Shown: one piece after another, positions 9,238 through 17,859 of the stretch
Layout: each line of letters starts with the position of its first letter
Numbering within the stretch: position 1 is the first letter of the stretch
NCBI GenBank assembly: GCA_002328075.1
Contig: DCVT01000044.1
Coordinates: 144,907 to 208,906, forward strand
Direction of reading: 5' to 3'
From: Anaerolineales bacterium UBA2181
Lineage (GTDB): Bacteria; Chloroflexota; Anaerolineae; Promineifilales; UBA4811
DNA length: 64,000 nt
The notes under the pieces: generated by a model
The model's database searches: none
Seen by the model: only the letters and a program-made list of their open reading frames with translations
What the model was told of the DNA's origin: nothing
Position numbers and translations under genes: made by a program

Positions 9238-11429
9238 GGAGACACCTCCACCATGCCCAGGCCGTATTCGGGGCCCAGGAGCTCGCCAGTGGAGACCAGG
9301 TACAGTCCCACAAACAGGGGGTAGGTTCCGTTCTCAATAGCGGCCGGAACCGGTACGGCGTGCACGTCGGTCACGGCCTCACCAGCCATCCACCACGAAG
9401 TTGGGTACCAACCCCCGACCGGCGGTCCGTCACCCTGCGCCACCATCTCACCGGTCTCCGGATGACGCAGATGGACAAACACCGTATAGTCCTGTGCTAC
9501 CGGCTCGGCCGACCACCAGACAAGCTGGATGGTCTCGGTTACACCCGCCTGCCATTGGACCGAAAACGAATAGTCGGCCAACCTAATCGGCGCAGTCCCG
9601 TCAGGAGCAGTCACGTTGGACGGATCATTTACGGACAGCCGAACTGCGCCTGCAAACGACGGGTTCACCAGTGCTCCACCTGCATCCTGAATTGGCAGCC
9701 GTTCTCGTGTCTGCCAGTCCATCATGCCAACTTCGATCCAATATCGCAGCGTTCGCGAAAGATCGGCCGGAATGTCCAACCTCACTCGATCACAGAAAGG
9801 CCGATCCGGATCCCAGACGCTGGTCGGATAACTGCCCAGACCCGGATAGCTGTATCGCCGGGCGACAATCGCATTTTCAGGTCCCACCAGGTGAACAAGG
9901 AAGGAATAGTCCCGTTCCGCCAACCTCAATGGCCTCCAGCACAGGTCCACCTCCAGGACTCCTCCGGCCGCCACGGAGCGTGTGCGCGGTTCGACGTGCG
10001 ACAACTCTGCCACCTCGCCGATCCGCCAGCCCAGGCTGGGTTCCACAGAGGGCGGTGCGGTAGCGGGTTGTTCAAAAGCCGGACCGATCAACAAGGGAGG
10101 TGACAGGAGAGCCGTCGCCCCCAAATAGCCCACGCCCAACCAGGCCAGCCCGCGGTGAACGGTTTGCCAACCGGCAACTAATAGCACTGCAATTGCCGGG
10201 AGGCCAACAAAGAGCAGGCGCCCGTGCGGCGCCCTGACCTGGCCCATCCACATCTGCAGCGCCACGGTCAGGCCCAGCACGTTGAGCGCCAGAAGCCCAA
10301 GCACAACGCCAGCCCAACCTGGGCGTCGCCGCTGCTGCAGCCGGACAACCACCTTGAAAGCCAAACCGGCCAACGCTGCCAGCAAGAGGATTCCCAGCGG
10401 CACGTAGACTGCGCCCTGGAACTTGATGTTGCCCCAACCAAACGCAGCCCAGAATGAGGTAAAGACCTCACGCCACTCGGCCGCCAATCCGGCTCGCTCC
10501 ACCCCACTAACTATTGACCACGGTGCCACATAGTGCGTGCTCAGCCCAAGCGGCGCGCCGTAGAGCACCCAATTGCGGAGATGCCACCAACCGGCCGTGC
10601 CAACAGCGCCCAACGCGACCCAAAGGGCGCTGGCCCCAGCCCAACGACAGCCTCGCCGGTGCCAGAGCCATCCCACGCCGCCCAGAACGGGGAGGACCAA
10701 CACCAGGTTGCTGCTCTTGCACAACGTCGCCAGCCCGAACCACAAACCCAAAAACAGCGCGGCGCGCTGGGTTGGTTCTCGCTTTATCAATCGAGCCAAC
10801 ACCCACAGCGTGAGTCCGGCCATAGCGGCCGCAGGAACGTCGTTGGAGACAACGCCACTGGTAAAGATCACCTGAGGGTTTAGCGCCACCACAGCAGTGG
10901 CGGCTGCGGCAAATGTCCACCGACCCGGAGCAAGCTCGCTGGCCAAACCGTACACCGAGACCAACAACAGAAATCCGAACGCCAACGTCACCGCGCGCGC
11001 CAGGTACAGGGCCAGCCATCCGCCCACCAGAGGCCGGGTGTCGGCCGGGTAATGAATAGCGAAATTCTTGTTATCCGGGACATGGCCTGGTGCGTTCGAT
11101 GGAAAATGAGGGTTGGGTCGGAACGATGCAGGGGCATCGTTCACTCCCACCATCCTGGCGGGGATGGAAGCCAGCCAATAGTAGAGTGGGGGTTGGCTCG
11201 CTTCTTGGCGCACTGACGTTTCCCACGCAGCCTCATCCTGGGGAGGCAAACCCTGACCACGTGCCAACCACTCGACATAAGCAGTGTGCTGCGGCTCGTC
11301 TGCTCCCTCAAAGGGGGGCGTGAGAGCGCTGTACCAGACCACCAACCCGGCATACAGACCCAGTGTCAGGGTCAATACCAAGGGGGGCCGTCTTCGTCGG
11401 TGTGTCATCCCCAACCCGGGACTGGTCAT
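9234..11429 (-). CDS. GT-C-fold membrane glycosyltransferase, class A paralog 2 (two C-terminal modules)
   Basis: 731 aa. Contains PFEGADEPQHTAYVEW and RQEASQPPLYYW, colinear with the other class A genes. C-terminal modules LEVDLCWRPL..FLVHLVG.. and IQLVWWSAEPVAQDYTVFVHLRHPETGEMVAQGDGPPVGGWYPTSWWMAGE. The ATG shares one base with the upstream stop (TGATG at 11429). Confidence 0.75.
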   Translation of the reverse strand: MTSPGLGMTHRRRRPPLVLTLTLGLYAGLVVWYSALTPPFEGADEPQHTAYVEWLARGQGLPPQDEAAWETSVRQEASQPPLYYWLASIPARMVGVNDAPASFRPNPHFPSNAPGHVPDNKNFAIHYPADTRPLVGGWLALYLARAVTLAFGFLLLVSVYGLASELAPGRWTFAAAATAVVALNPQVIFTSGVVSNDVPAAAMAGLTLWVLARLIKREPTQRAALFLGLWFGLATLCKSSNLVLVLPVLGGVGWLWHRRGCRWAGASALWVALGAVGTAGWWHLRNWVLYGAPLGLSTHYVAPWSIVSGVERAGLAAEWREVFTSFWAAFGWGNIKFQGAVYVPLGILLLAALAGLAFKVVVRLQQRRRPGWAGVVLGLLALNVLGLTVALQMWMGQVRAPHGRLLFVGLPAIAVLLVAGWQTVHRGLAWLGVGYLGATALLSPPLLIGPAFEQPATAPPSVEPSLGWRIGEVAELSHVEPRTRSVAAGGVLEVDLCWRPLRLAERDYSFLVHLVGPENAIVARRYSYPGLGSYPTSVWDPDRPFCDRVRLDIPADLSRTLRYWIEVGMMDWQTRERLPIQDAGGALVNPSFAGAVRLSVNDPSNVTAPDGTAPIRLADYSFSVQWQAGVTETIQLVWWSAEPVAQDYTVFVHLRHPETGEMVAQGDGPPVGGWYPTSWWMAGEAVTDVHAVPVPAAIENGTYPLFVGLYLVSTGELLGPEYGLGMVEVSP

Positions 11430-14197
11430 CAGTTTGCCAAAGGCTCTACTACCAGAATGTCAAGTAACGTACGATCAGACGGTTGCCCGGCGGGGGGCTG
11501 GTCGACGGGAAGACGACCGCTGCCATCCGGTGCGTAAAGGCCTACCCACACGTAGACCGGACCTTGTGGAGCATCGTCCGGAATGACCAGGGTATGTTCA
11601 TCAAGAATGTGCTCGCCCGGCCGCCAACTGGATGTGGGGCGAGTCCAGCTCGCTGGCATCCCATCGGATTGTGTCAGCAGCACGTCGTTTCCATCCATGA
11701 GGTGAACAAAGACGTGGTAATCCTTGTCCAGCGCCATTTCGGATCGCCAGGACAGGCTAACCTTGAGCGATTCACCAGGAGCAGCGATTCCCTGGATGTC
11801 GGCCCCTGCCAACCGGACGGCATTGCCAAACAGCGTGTCCGGCCGGTGAGGCATAAGCGCCGGTGTGGCCACAAACAGCCAATCGTCCAGGCGCATCGGC
11901 CCGGCCATAACCGCCTGCGCGACCTCTGATCTCCACATCTCAGTGGCGGGCACGGTAGCGCCGTTCGGTTGAAGCAGAGCCACCTCCAGCTTGTACTCAC
12001 CAGCCGGCATCTGACCCGGTAGCTGCAGGTAGGCGCGCCGCCACATCAGGTCGCCTCTGCGGCAGTCTGGCAGGCTGAGCGTGGCCAGGCCTAACGAACC
12101 GACCGTTTCTGCCCACACTTTTCCATCCCGGCCCACCAGGCGGGTTCGCTGCTGCCAATCCTCGGTTGGCTGCACCAATACTTGCCAGTAAAAATCAACA
12201 AACGCCGAATGCCCGGGTCGGGGATTGTCCAACGGTAGGTTGTAGCCCAATAACCGCAGCGTCTCACCAAAATCGGCATCCGTGCGGTGAGACAGCGACA
12301 GCGCAGTCGCTTTGATCGGAGCCGCCGGTCGCGAAACCTGTACCCGACCCAGTTCACGGGAAGTCTGATCGGCGTCATCCCTGAGGCGCTGTCCGGTGGC
12401 TTGGTCCTCCAACCCCAACGACACTATCATTTCGGTCGGCGGCAGAGCTGGGGAAAGAGCGATCTCGACGGTCTGCTGAAGGATCCGGTTGGTTGGCCAG
12501 CGGGTCACCGGGTAGAAGCGGAGCACAGACTCACTCCGCTCGACATACGGCGGAGAATCGTCCGGACCGATGGCCAGATAGACCTTGTACTTGGTGGCGG
12601 CTGGATCGCGCAGCATCCAGTAGAATGTGAGCTGAGCACTGTCTCCTGGAACTAGGTTGGAGGCTGACCATGCTTGCAGACACAACCCACCGGCCCAGCA
12701 GATATTGGTAGGGGTAGCCGCCGCCGGGACGGTCACGACGATCGGCGGTTCGGCTGTGTATCCTTCGACCTTGACCTTCAGCCAGGGTGACGTGAAATCC
12801 TTGGCTTCGAACTTGACCCAGCGTGACTCGGCATGATAGGGCAAGAGACCCGGATCGAAGGTGTTCGCGGGCGTCGGCTCGCTCACAAACCATACCCGGC
12901 AATGACTATCGGCGACCGATTGAAAGCGCTCCAGAACTTGCCCGATTTCGCCACCTTCGGCCGGGGGGATGACCTCGACGGATGCTGAGCCATGATAGTA
13001 GTAGCGCCAGACCGGCAACACCCGTGCGTTATGCAGCACGACGATATCTTGTTCCTGCACCCGGTCAGTCAGGTACCGGGCTGCTGCCCGTAGGTCGTCG
13101 CGAGCAAAGGACGGATGGTGAAACTGGTGCACAAGCCAACCGGCGTTCACCGCGGCCGCCCCCAACAGAATCATGACCGCCCCAACCCTCCAGTCACGCC
13201 ATAGAGCCCCCCCACCGGCACCCGCCAGCAGTCCAGCCGGCACCAGGAGCAGCACCCAGTCCGGATCGTTGCCCGGCAGGTTGCGCGCCACCATCGCCAA
13301 ACACGGCACCAGCAGCAGGGAGAACACGAACACCCATTGACGTGCCCGTCGCGGGCGACTGGTGAGCCAGGCTAGCGATGAGACGCCCAGCGCCACCAGC
13401 GGGGCCAAGCGCAAGGCCACCAGGATCGTGGAGGTTCCACCGGCAACCGAAGGACGGATCACCTCGCGGACCTGGGTCCAGGTTGGACGGAACAGGTCGT
13501 AGTTGGCGACAAGCACCCCACTGGCCACGGCGGTGAGTGCAATCACCGTGACAGCCAGGAGCATCCATGGCAGATAGGGGCGCCCGAGCTCCTTACGGAG
13601 GGCCCACGTCGCCAGTGCCAACAATTCGACCAACAGCATCCAGAAAGCGGCCGGCGCGATGGCAACCACCAAGATGCAGGACGCTATCCAGATAGCAGCC
13701 CGGCCGGCGTTAGGCTGCCGGCCGCTTATCAGCCTGGCCAAGGCCCAGACCGATAGGACCGCGGCTGCCAGACCCCACGTGTGCGGGTTCGCGGCTTGCG
13801 CGTTCCACACCCAATACGGCGAGACTGTGGCCACCAGGGCAGAGCCCAAACCCGCGGCGCGACCAAAGAGGCGGCGATTGGAAACATACAACAACGCCAC
13901 GGTCATGGTGGACGCCCAGACCCCGACCAACCGGATAGCCAGGACCGAATCCCCGGCCGTCAGTCTGGTCACTGCAAGCCCGGAATAATAGAGCGATTGC
14001 TCCCCTGCCGAGAGACAGACCGAGGGGTTTTCCTGGTCATCGCCGCCGGGCAACTCGGAGCGGCACAAACTGACGCCCTCGTCGATCCAAAGAGGTTGGC
14101 TGTCAAGACGGTAGATCCTGAGAGCAAACGCCAACCAAACAAGCGCCAGCACCGTAATCCCGGCCACCCGTCTCTTATGAAAACGCCATGATCTCAC
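11429..14197 (-). CDS. GT-C-fold (PMT_2/ArnT-like) membrane glycosyltransferase, class B paralog 2 (three C-terminal modules)
   Basis: 922 aa, GTG start. MRSWRFHKRRVAGITVLALVWLAFALRIYRLDSQPLWIDEGVSLCRS is colinear with the 6505..9237 product. The last module is LKVSLSWRSEMALDKDYHVFVHLMDGNDVLLTQSDGMPASWTRPTSSWRPGEHILDEH..VYVWVGLYAPDGSGRLP. Confidence 0.8.
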   Translation of the reverse strand: MRSWRFHKRRVAGITVLALVWLAFALRIYRLDSQPLWIDEGVSLCRSELPGGDDQENPSVCLSAGEQSLYYSGLAVTRLTAGDSVLAIRLVGVWASTMTVALLYVSNRRLFGRAAGLGSALVATVSPYWVWNAQAANPHTWGLAAAVLSVWALARLISGRQPNAGRAAIWIASCILVVAIAPAAFWMLLVELLALATWALRKELGRPYLPWMLLAVTVIALTAVASGVLVANYDLFRPTWTQVREVIRPSVAGGTSTILVALRLAPLVALGVSSLAWLTSRPRRARQWVFVFSLLLVPCLAMVARNLPGNDPDWVLLLVPAGLLAGAGGGALWRDWRVGAVMILLGAAAVNAGWLVHQFHHPSFARDDLRAAARYLTDRVQEQDIVVLHNARVLPVWRYYYHGSASVEVIPPAEGGEIGQVLERFQSVADSHCRVWFVSEPTPANTFDPGLLPYHAESRWVKFEAKDFTSPWLKVKVEGYTAEPPIVVTVPAAATPTNICWAGGLCLQAWSASNLVPGDSAQLTFYWMLRDPAATKYKVYLAIGPDDSPPYVERSESVLRFYPVTRWPTNRILQQTVEIALSPALPPTEMIVSLGLEDQATGQRLRDDADQTSRELGRVQVSRPAAPIKATALSLSHRTDADFGETLRLLGYNLPLDNPRPGHSAFVDFYWQVLVQPTEDWQQRTRLVGRDGKVWAETVGSLGLATLSLPDCRRGDLMWRRAYLQLPGQMPAGEYKLEVALLQPNGATVPATEMWRSEVAQAVMAGPMRLDDWLFVATPALMPHRPDTLFGNAVRLAGADIQGIAAPGESLKVSLSWRSEMALDKDYHVFVHLMDGNDVLLTQSDGMPASWTRPTSSWRPGEHILDEHTLVIPDDAPQGPVYVWVGLYAPDGSGRLPVDQPPAGQPSDRTLLDILVVEPLAN

Positions 14198-14411
14198 GGT
14201 CCAAAGCGCCTTGGCGCCGTTGCACCGCTTGTCGCACGTCCGTCAGACGGGTCAGCGGTTGCCCCTGGGATAACCAGTGAGCCGTTCAACTCTCCCGACC
14301 GAGATCCGTTCGCCAGCCTCACCCGCGCCGTCCGCTCTTGGCCGTCGTCGAGAGACCCGGTTCCGGCAGACCGTGGCTTCGAACTGGGGTCGTTTGCCAT
14401 TACGTTAGCTT

Positions 14412-16682
14412 TCAATCCACCCGCACCTTGCTGAGAATCAGATAATCGTCAACTAGTCGGCCGTCCTCGGTCCTCAATTGGAGGCGCCGCAACGCGCCGG
14501 CCGGGGTCCAATAGTACACTCCCACCTCCACCTCGTGAACCGAAGCGGGCGTGTCAGCTGCCACCTGTAACTCGTAGACCGCTTCTACCAGCTGACCTGA
14601 CAACCAGTTGGACGTGCCGCCGGGTGCAGGGGCATCCAGTTGCGCATAAATGCGGTTCGAAGGGTCCTCCAGGTCACGAACATGGGTAAACACTGTGTAG
14701 TCGATATCCATGTCGGCCAGCGCCTCCCAATACAGCGTCAGTATCAACGTGTCACCCGGCCGCAGCCGACGCGGTACAACCTTGTAGCCGCGCAGTGCCA
14801 TTTGGTTGCCGAAATTGTAAAACACGGGATTCTCTATTGTGGTCTGCTGTTCCCGAGCCACCGAAATCGGCGCCAGAAAGACGGCATCCGCTCCATCCAC
14901 AGTGTGCAACCGCTCCCCGGTCTCAAAACTGTACATTCCCACAACCAGCTCGGCTTGGGTAGGTGAATAGGTAGTCCCGGCTACTTGAACCACGTAACGG
15001 TTGCGCACTTGCTGGCCCGGCGTCAGCAAGGATGTCGGTTGAAGTCCCTGGCCCAGATACATGTCCCGTTGGGCTACCGGCGCACCTATCACAGGATCAT
15101 TCAGGTGGACAAACACGCTCCAATCTTGTTCCATCGGAGCCAGAACCTCCCAATACAGTGTGATCTCTAGCTGGCCCCCTGGCGCGGCTTTTTGCACCGG
15201 CAGATCGTAGCCCAACAAACGCATCGGTCCCAGGTCCACCGGCTTTGGGTGAGAGATCGATGACACCTCGGCCGGCGAAGGTGGGGTTGGCGGTCGATAC
15301 GCCGGCGCTATCCATGCCAGCGGAGCGGCCGCGGAGATGACAAACAGGAAAGCAGCCAGCAGGATGCTGCCCAGCCCACCTACACGCCGCGGCAGCCAGC
15401 CAAAGAGCCCACCCACCAGAAGGATGGAAATGGCCGAAATCGCCGGAAAAACCAAGCGCCCCTGAGAGGACCAGGTGACGGTAGCCCAGCGAACCAGACC
15501 AACCATCACCGCCACGGTCCAACCCGATAACAGCGCGGTCGGCCATAGCCGCTCAACCGCCACCATGATTTGCACCGGCAACCGGCCAGGTCGCGGTACA
15601 GCTCGCCATACCTGGCGGCCGACCCAGACCAACAGCCCGAAAGCACCAACCACCGCGATGGTATTGAGCGTCCGATAGATCCAGTCAGCCATCGGAACGT
15701 TGACGCCACCAAAGAGGCCCCAGTATGAGAGCGAGAATCCCCATCGCTCGCCCCACAATTGCACTGGATTGGCCGGTTGAGCCCGCCGGCCCAGCACTTG
15801 AATGAATGCGTTCCACCCCAACCAGTCGCCGTACAATCGCACGTTGCGAGCATACCACCAGCCTGCAATGACAAGCGTCGGGATCAGCAAGGCTGCTCCG
15901 CGCCTCAGGAATTCGGGCAGCCAACGCCGCCGGCCCTTCTCGCTCCATTGGCGCCATCTCGACACCAAGCATGATACGAGAGCCAGCGGAATGAGCCCCA
16001 GCGCGCTGGTCTTGGTCAGCGCACCGAAACCCATCACGATTCCCAGCGCCAGGCTGCGGCGCAGTGGCAGACTACCGTTGCGCTGGCTGAACTCCCAGTT
16101 CCGCAGCATGAGAAGGAGGGCAGACGAGCAGAGCAGCACCGCCAGATTGTCATTGTTCACTGCCCCGCTGATGAACAAAAACATGGGCGTGAACGCATTG
16201 ACCGCTGCTGCTGCCAGCGGCAAATCCGGACGGCCAGGAAAGACGATTCGCGCCAGGCACCAGGTCAGCCATACCGTTCCAACACCCATGAGCACCGACA
16301 CAAGTCGAACGATGCGAACTGCCAGGATCGTCCCGCGCCAGGCAGGTAGCGAAGGATGGACTGCCAGATTGGTGTTGCCATCCATGGTGATGACCCCATT
16401 ATCCACATGTGGATTCAGCCATCGCACCTCGTCCATGTCCCGTGTGTCAACCCAGGCAGTGAGCGCAGCTGCCAGGGCATAATACAACGGCTGCTGACTC
16501 GCTTCTTGCTTCCACGGCCCCGGATTGCCAGGATCCTGAACTGGAAGGGGATTTCCGTCCGCCAGGTGTTTCACCAGAGGATAGTGCCACAATTCATCGG
16601 ACGCTTCGAAAACTGGCGTGGTGAGGGCGTAGGACACCCCCAGCAGGAGAAAAAGTGCGAGGATCAGGATGAGCGAGCGCAT
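14412..16682 (-). CDS. GT-C-fold membrane glycosyltransferase, class A paralog 3 (two C-terminal modules)
   Basis: 756 aa. Contains VFEASDELWHYPLVKH and KQEASQQPLYYA. C-terminal modules LEITLYWEVLAPMEQDWSVFVHLND.. and LILTLYWEALADMDIDYTVFTHVRD... Confidence 0.75.
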   Translation of the reverse strand: MRSLILILALFLLLGVSYALTTPVFEASDELWHYPLVKHLADGNPLPVQDPGNPGPWKQEASQQPLYYALAAALTAWVDTRDMDEVRWLNPHVDNGVITMDGNTNLAVHPSLPAWRGTILAVRIVRLVSVLMGVGTVWLTWCLARIVFPGRPDLPLAAAAVNAFTPMFLFISGAVNNDNLAVLLCSSALLLMLRNWEFSQRNGSLPLRRSLALGIVMGFGALTKTSALGLIPLALVSCLVSRWRQWSEKGRRRWLPEFLRRGAALLIPTLVIAGWWYARNVRLYGDWLGWNAFIQVLGRRAQPANPVQLWGERWGFSLSYWGLFGGVNVPMADWIYRTLNTIAVVGAFGLLVWVGRQVWRAVPRPGRLPVQIMVAVERLWPTALLSGWTVAVMVGLVRWATVTWSSQGRLVFPAISAISILLVGGLFGWLPRRVGGLGSILLAAFLFVISAAAPLAWIAPAYRPPTPPSPAEVSSISHPKPVDLGPMRLLGYDLPVQKAAPGGQLEITLYWEVLAPMEQDWSVFVHLNDPVIGAPVAQRDMYLGQGLQPTSLLTPGQQVRNRYVVQVAGTTYSPTQAELVVGMYSFETGERLHTVDGADAVFLAPISVAREQQTTIENPVFYNFGNQMALRGYKVVPRRLRPGDTLILTLYWEALADMDIDYTVFTHVRDLEDPSNRIYAQLDAPAPGGTSNWLSGQLVEAVYELQVAADTPASVHEVEVGVYYWTPAGALRRLQLRTEDGRLVDDYLILSKVRVD

Positions 16683-16701
16683 TCGGGGTAGCTACAGCTT
16701 A

Positions 16702-17859
16702 CTAGTCCCGGATCTCCAGGGTTGCCAGAACATCCAACGTCGTGCGGGCGATGGAGTCCCACTCAAAGCTGCGCGCCAGCTCGCAGGCGCCCGCTGCCAG
16801 CGTCTCACAGAGCTCCCGGTTCTCGCGCAGAGTCACTACCGCCTCCTCCAAGGCATTCGGAGCCGCCGGGGGCACCAGATAGACGTTCTCGCGGTGTCTC
16901 AGCTCCGGCAGATCAATGGCCGGGGTGGTCGTGACGATTGGCCGGCCGTGGGCTAACGCCGCCATGAGGCTACCCCGTCGGAACGAGGCACCGTCGCGGT
17001 ACGGCAAGACACAGATATCCAACGTCAGAAAGTGAGCAGAAACCTCTTCCGGACTGACGAAACCCGTCCAATGCACCTGCTCTTCGATACAAAGACGTTT
17101 GACCAGCCCATCTATCGCATCCGAGTAGGCCTGGATGGTGGGATCGCTACTGCCGGTGCGCCCGCCAATCATGACCAGCCGGACGGGGACACCCCGTTTG
17201 TTGAGCCGTTGCACGGAGGCCAGAAGGTCTTCCGCGCCTTTTCCGGCATGAAGAAACCCAAAAAAGCCCAATAGGGTCTCGTCTTCCAGCGTCCCCCAGC
17301 GCTTGCGCCACAGGGCGCGATCGTAACGGGCTGGCGGCGCCGGCGCAATATTGCTGCCGATAGGGATCAACGCCAGACGGTGTGCGGCTTTTCTGGTCCG
17401 GAGCAGGAGCAGGTCCTCCTGGTTGGTGACGATCACCAGGGAGGCACGTCGGGCTAGCGCAGTCAGGGCCACGTGGCGGAGCCGGCCCGCTTTTGGGAAG
17501 AGGTAAGGAGCCTTCAGATCGTGAAAGGTGACCGCTAGCGGTGCGCGCGCCAACCGGCCGGGAAGCAGGTTAATAGCCGGATGCATTTGGTAAGCAGCCG
17601 CCTGATACTGCAGGTTCACAACGGATACCCCGGTATCGCGGACCCACCGTCGGATTTGGCGCGCGGTTGACCAGTTCCAGCGCGCCACTTCCGGATAGAC
17701 GAAGCAGTTGGCTGGCAAACCTTCTGCATGACAGCCACGACGCGTGAGGATGTAAACCTGATGACCCAGGTTGGCAATCGATTTGGACAGTTCGCGAGTA
17801 TAATCCCCCACTCCGCCCTGCATAGGGGGATACTCCCCAGTGACAATCCCAAGTTTCAC
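16702..17859 (-). CDS. GT4-family (GT-B fold, Glycos_transf_1) glycosyltransferase
   Basis: 385 aa. N-terminus MKLGIVTGEYPPMQGGVGDYTRELSKSIANLGHQVYILT. C-terminal half LLGFFGFLHAGKG...LVMIGG...LPYRDGASFRRGSLMAALAHGRPIVTT is typical of retaining GT4 enzymes. The GTG start overlaps the upstream stop (GTGA at 17856-17859). Confidence 0.85.
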   Translation of the reverse strand: MKLGIVTGEYPPMQGGVGDYTRELSKSIANLGHQVYILTRRGCHAEGLPANCFVYPEVARWNWSTARQIRRWVRDTGVSVVNLQYQAAAYQMHPAINLLPGRLARAPLAVTFHDLKAPYLFPKAGRLRHVALTALARRASLVIVTNQEDLLLLRTRKAAHRLALIPIGSNIAPAPPARYDRALWRKRWGTLEDETLLGFFGFLHAGKGAEDLLASVQRLNKRGVPVRLVMIGGRTGSSDPTIQAYSDAIDGLVKRLCIEEQVHWTGFVSPEEVSAHFLTLDICVLPYRDGASFRRGSLMAALAHGRPIVTTTPAIDLPELRHRENVYLVPPAAPNALEEAVVTLRENRELCETLAAGACELARSFEWDSIARTTLDVLATLEIRD

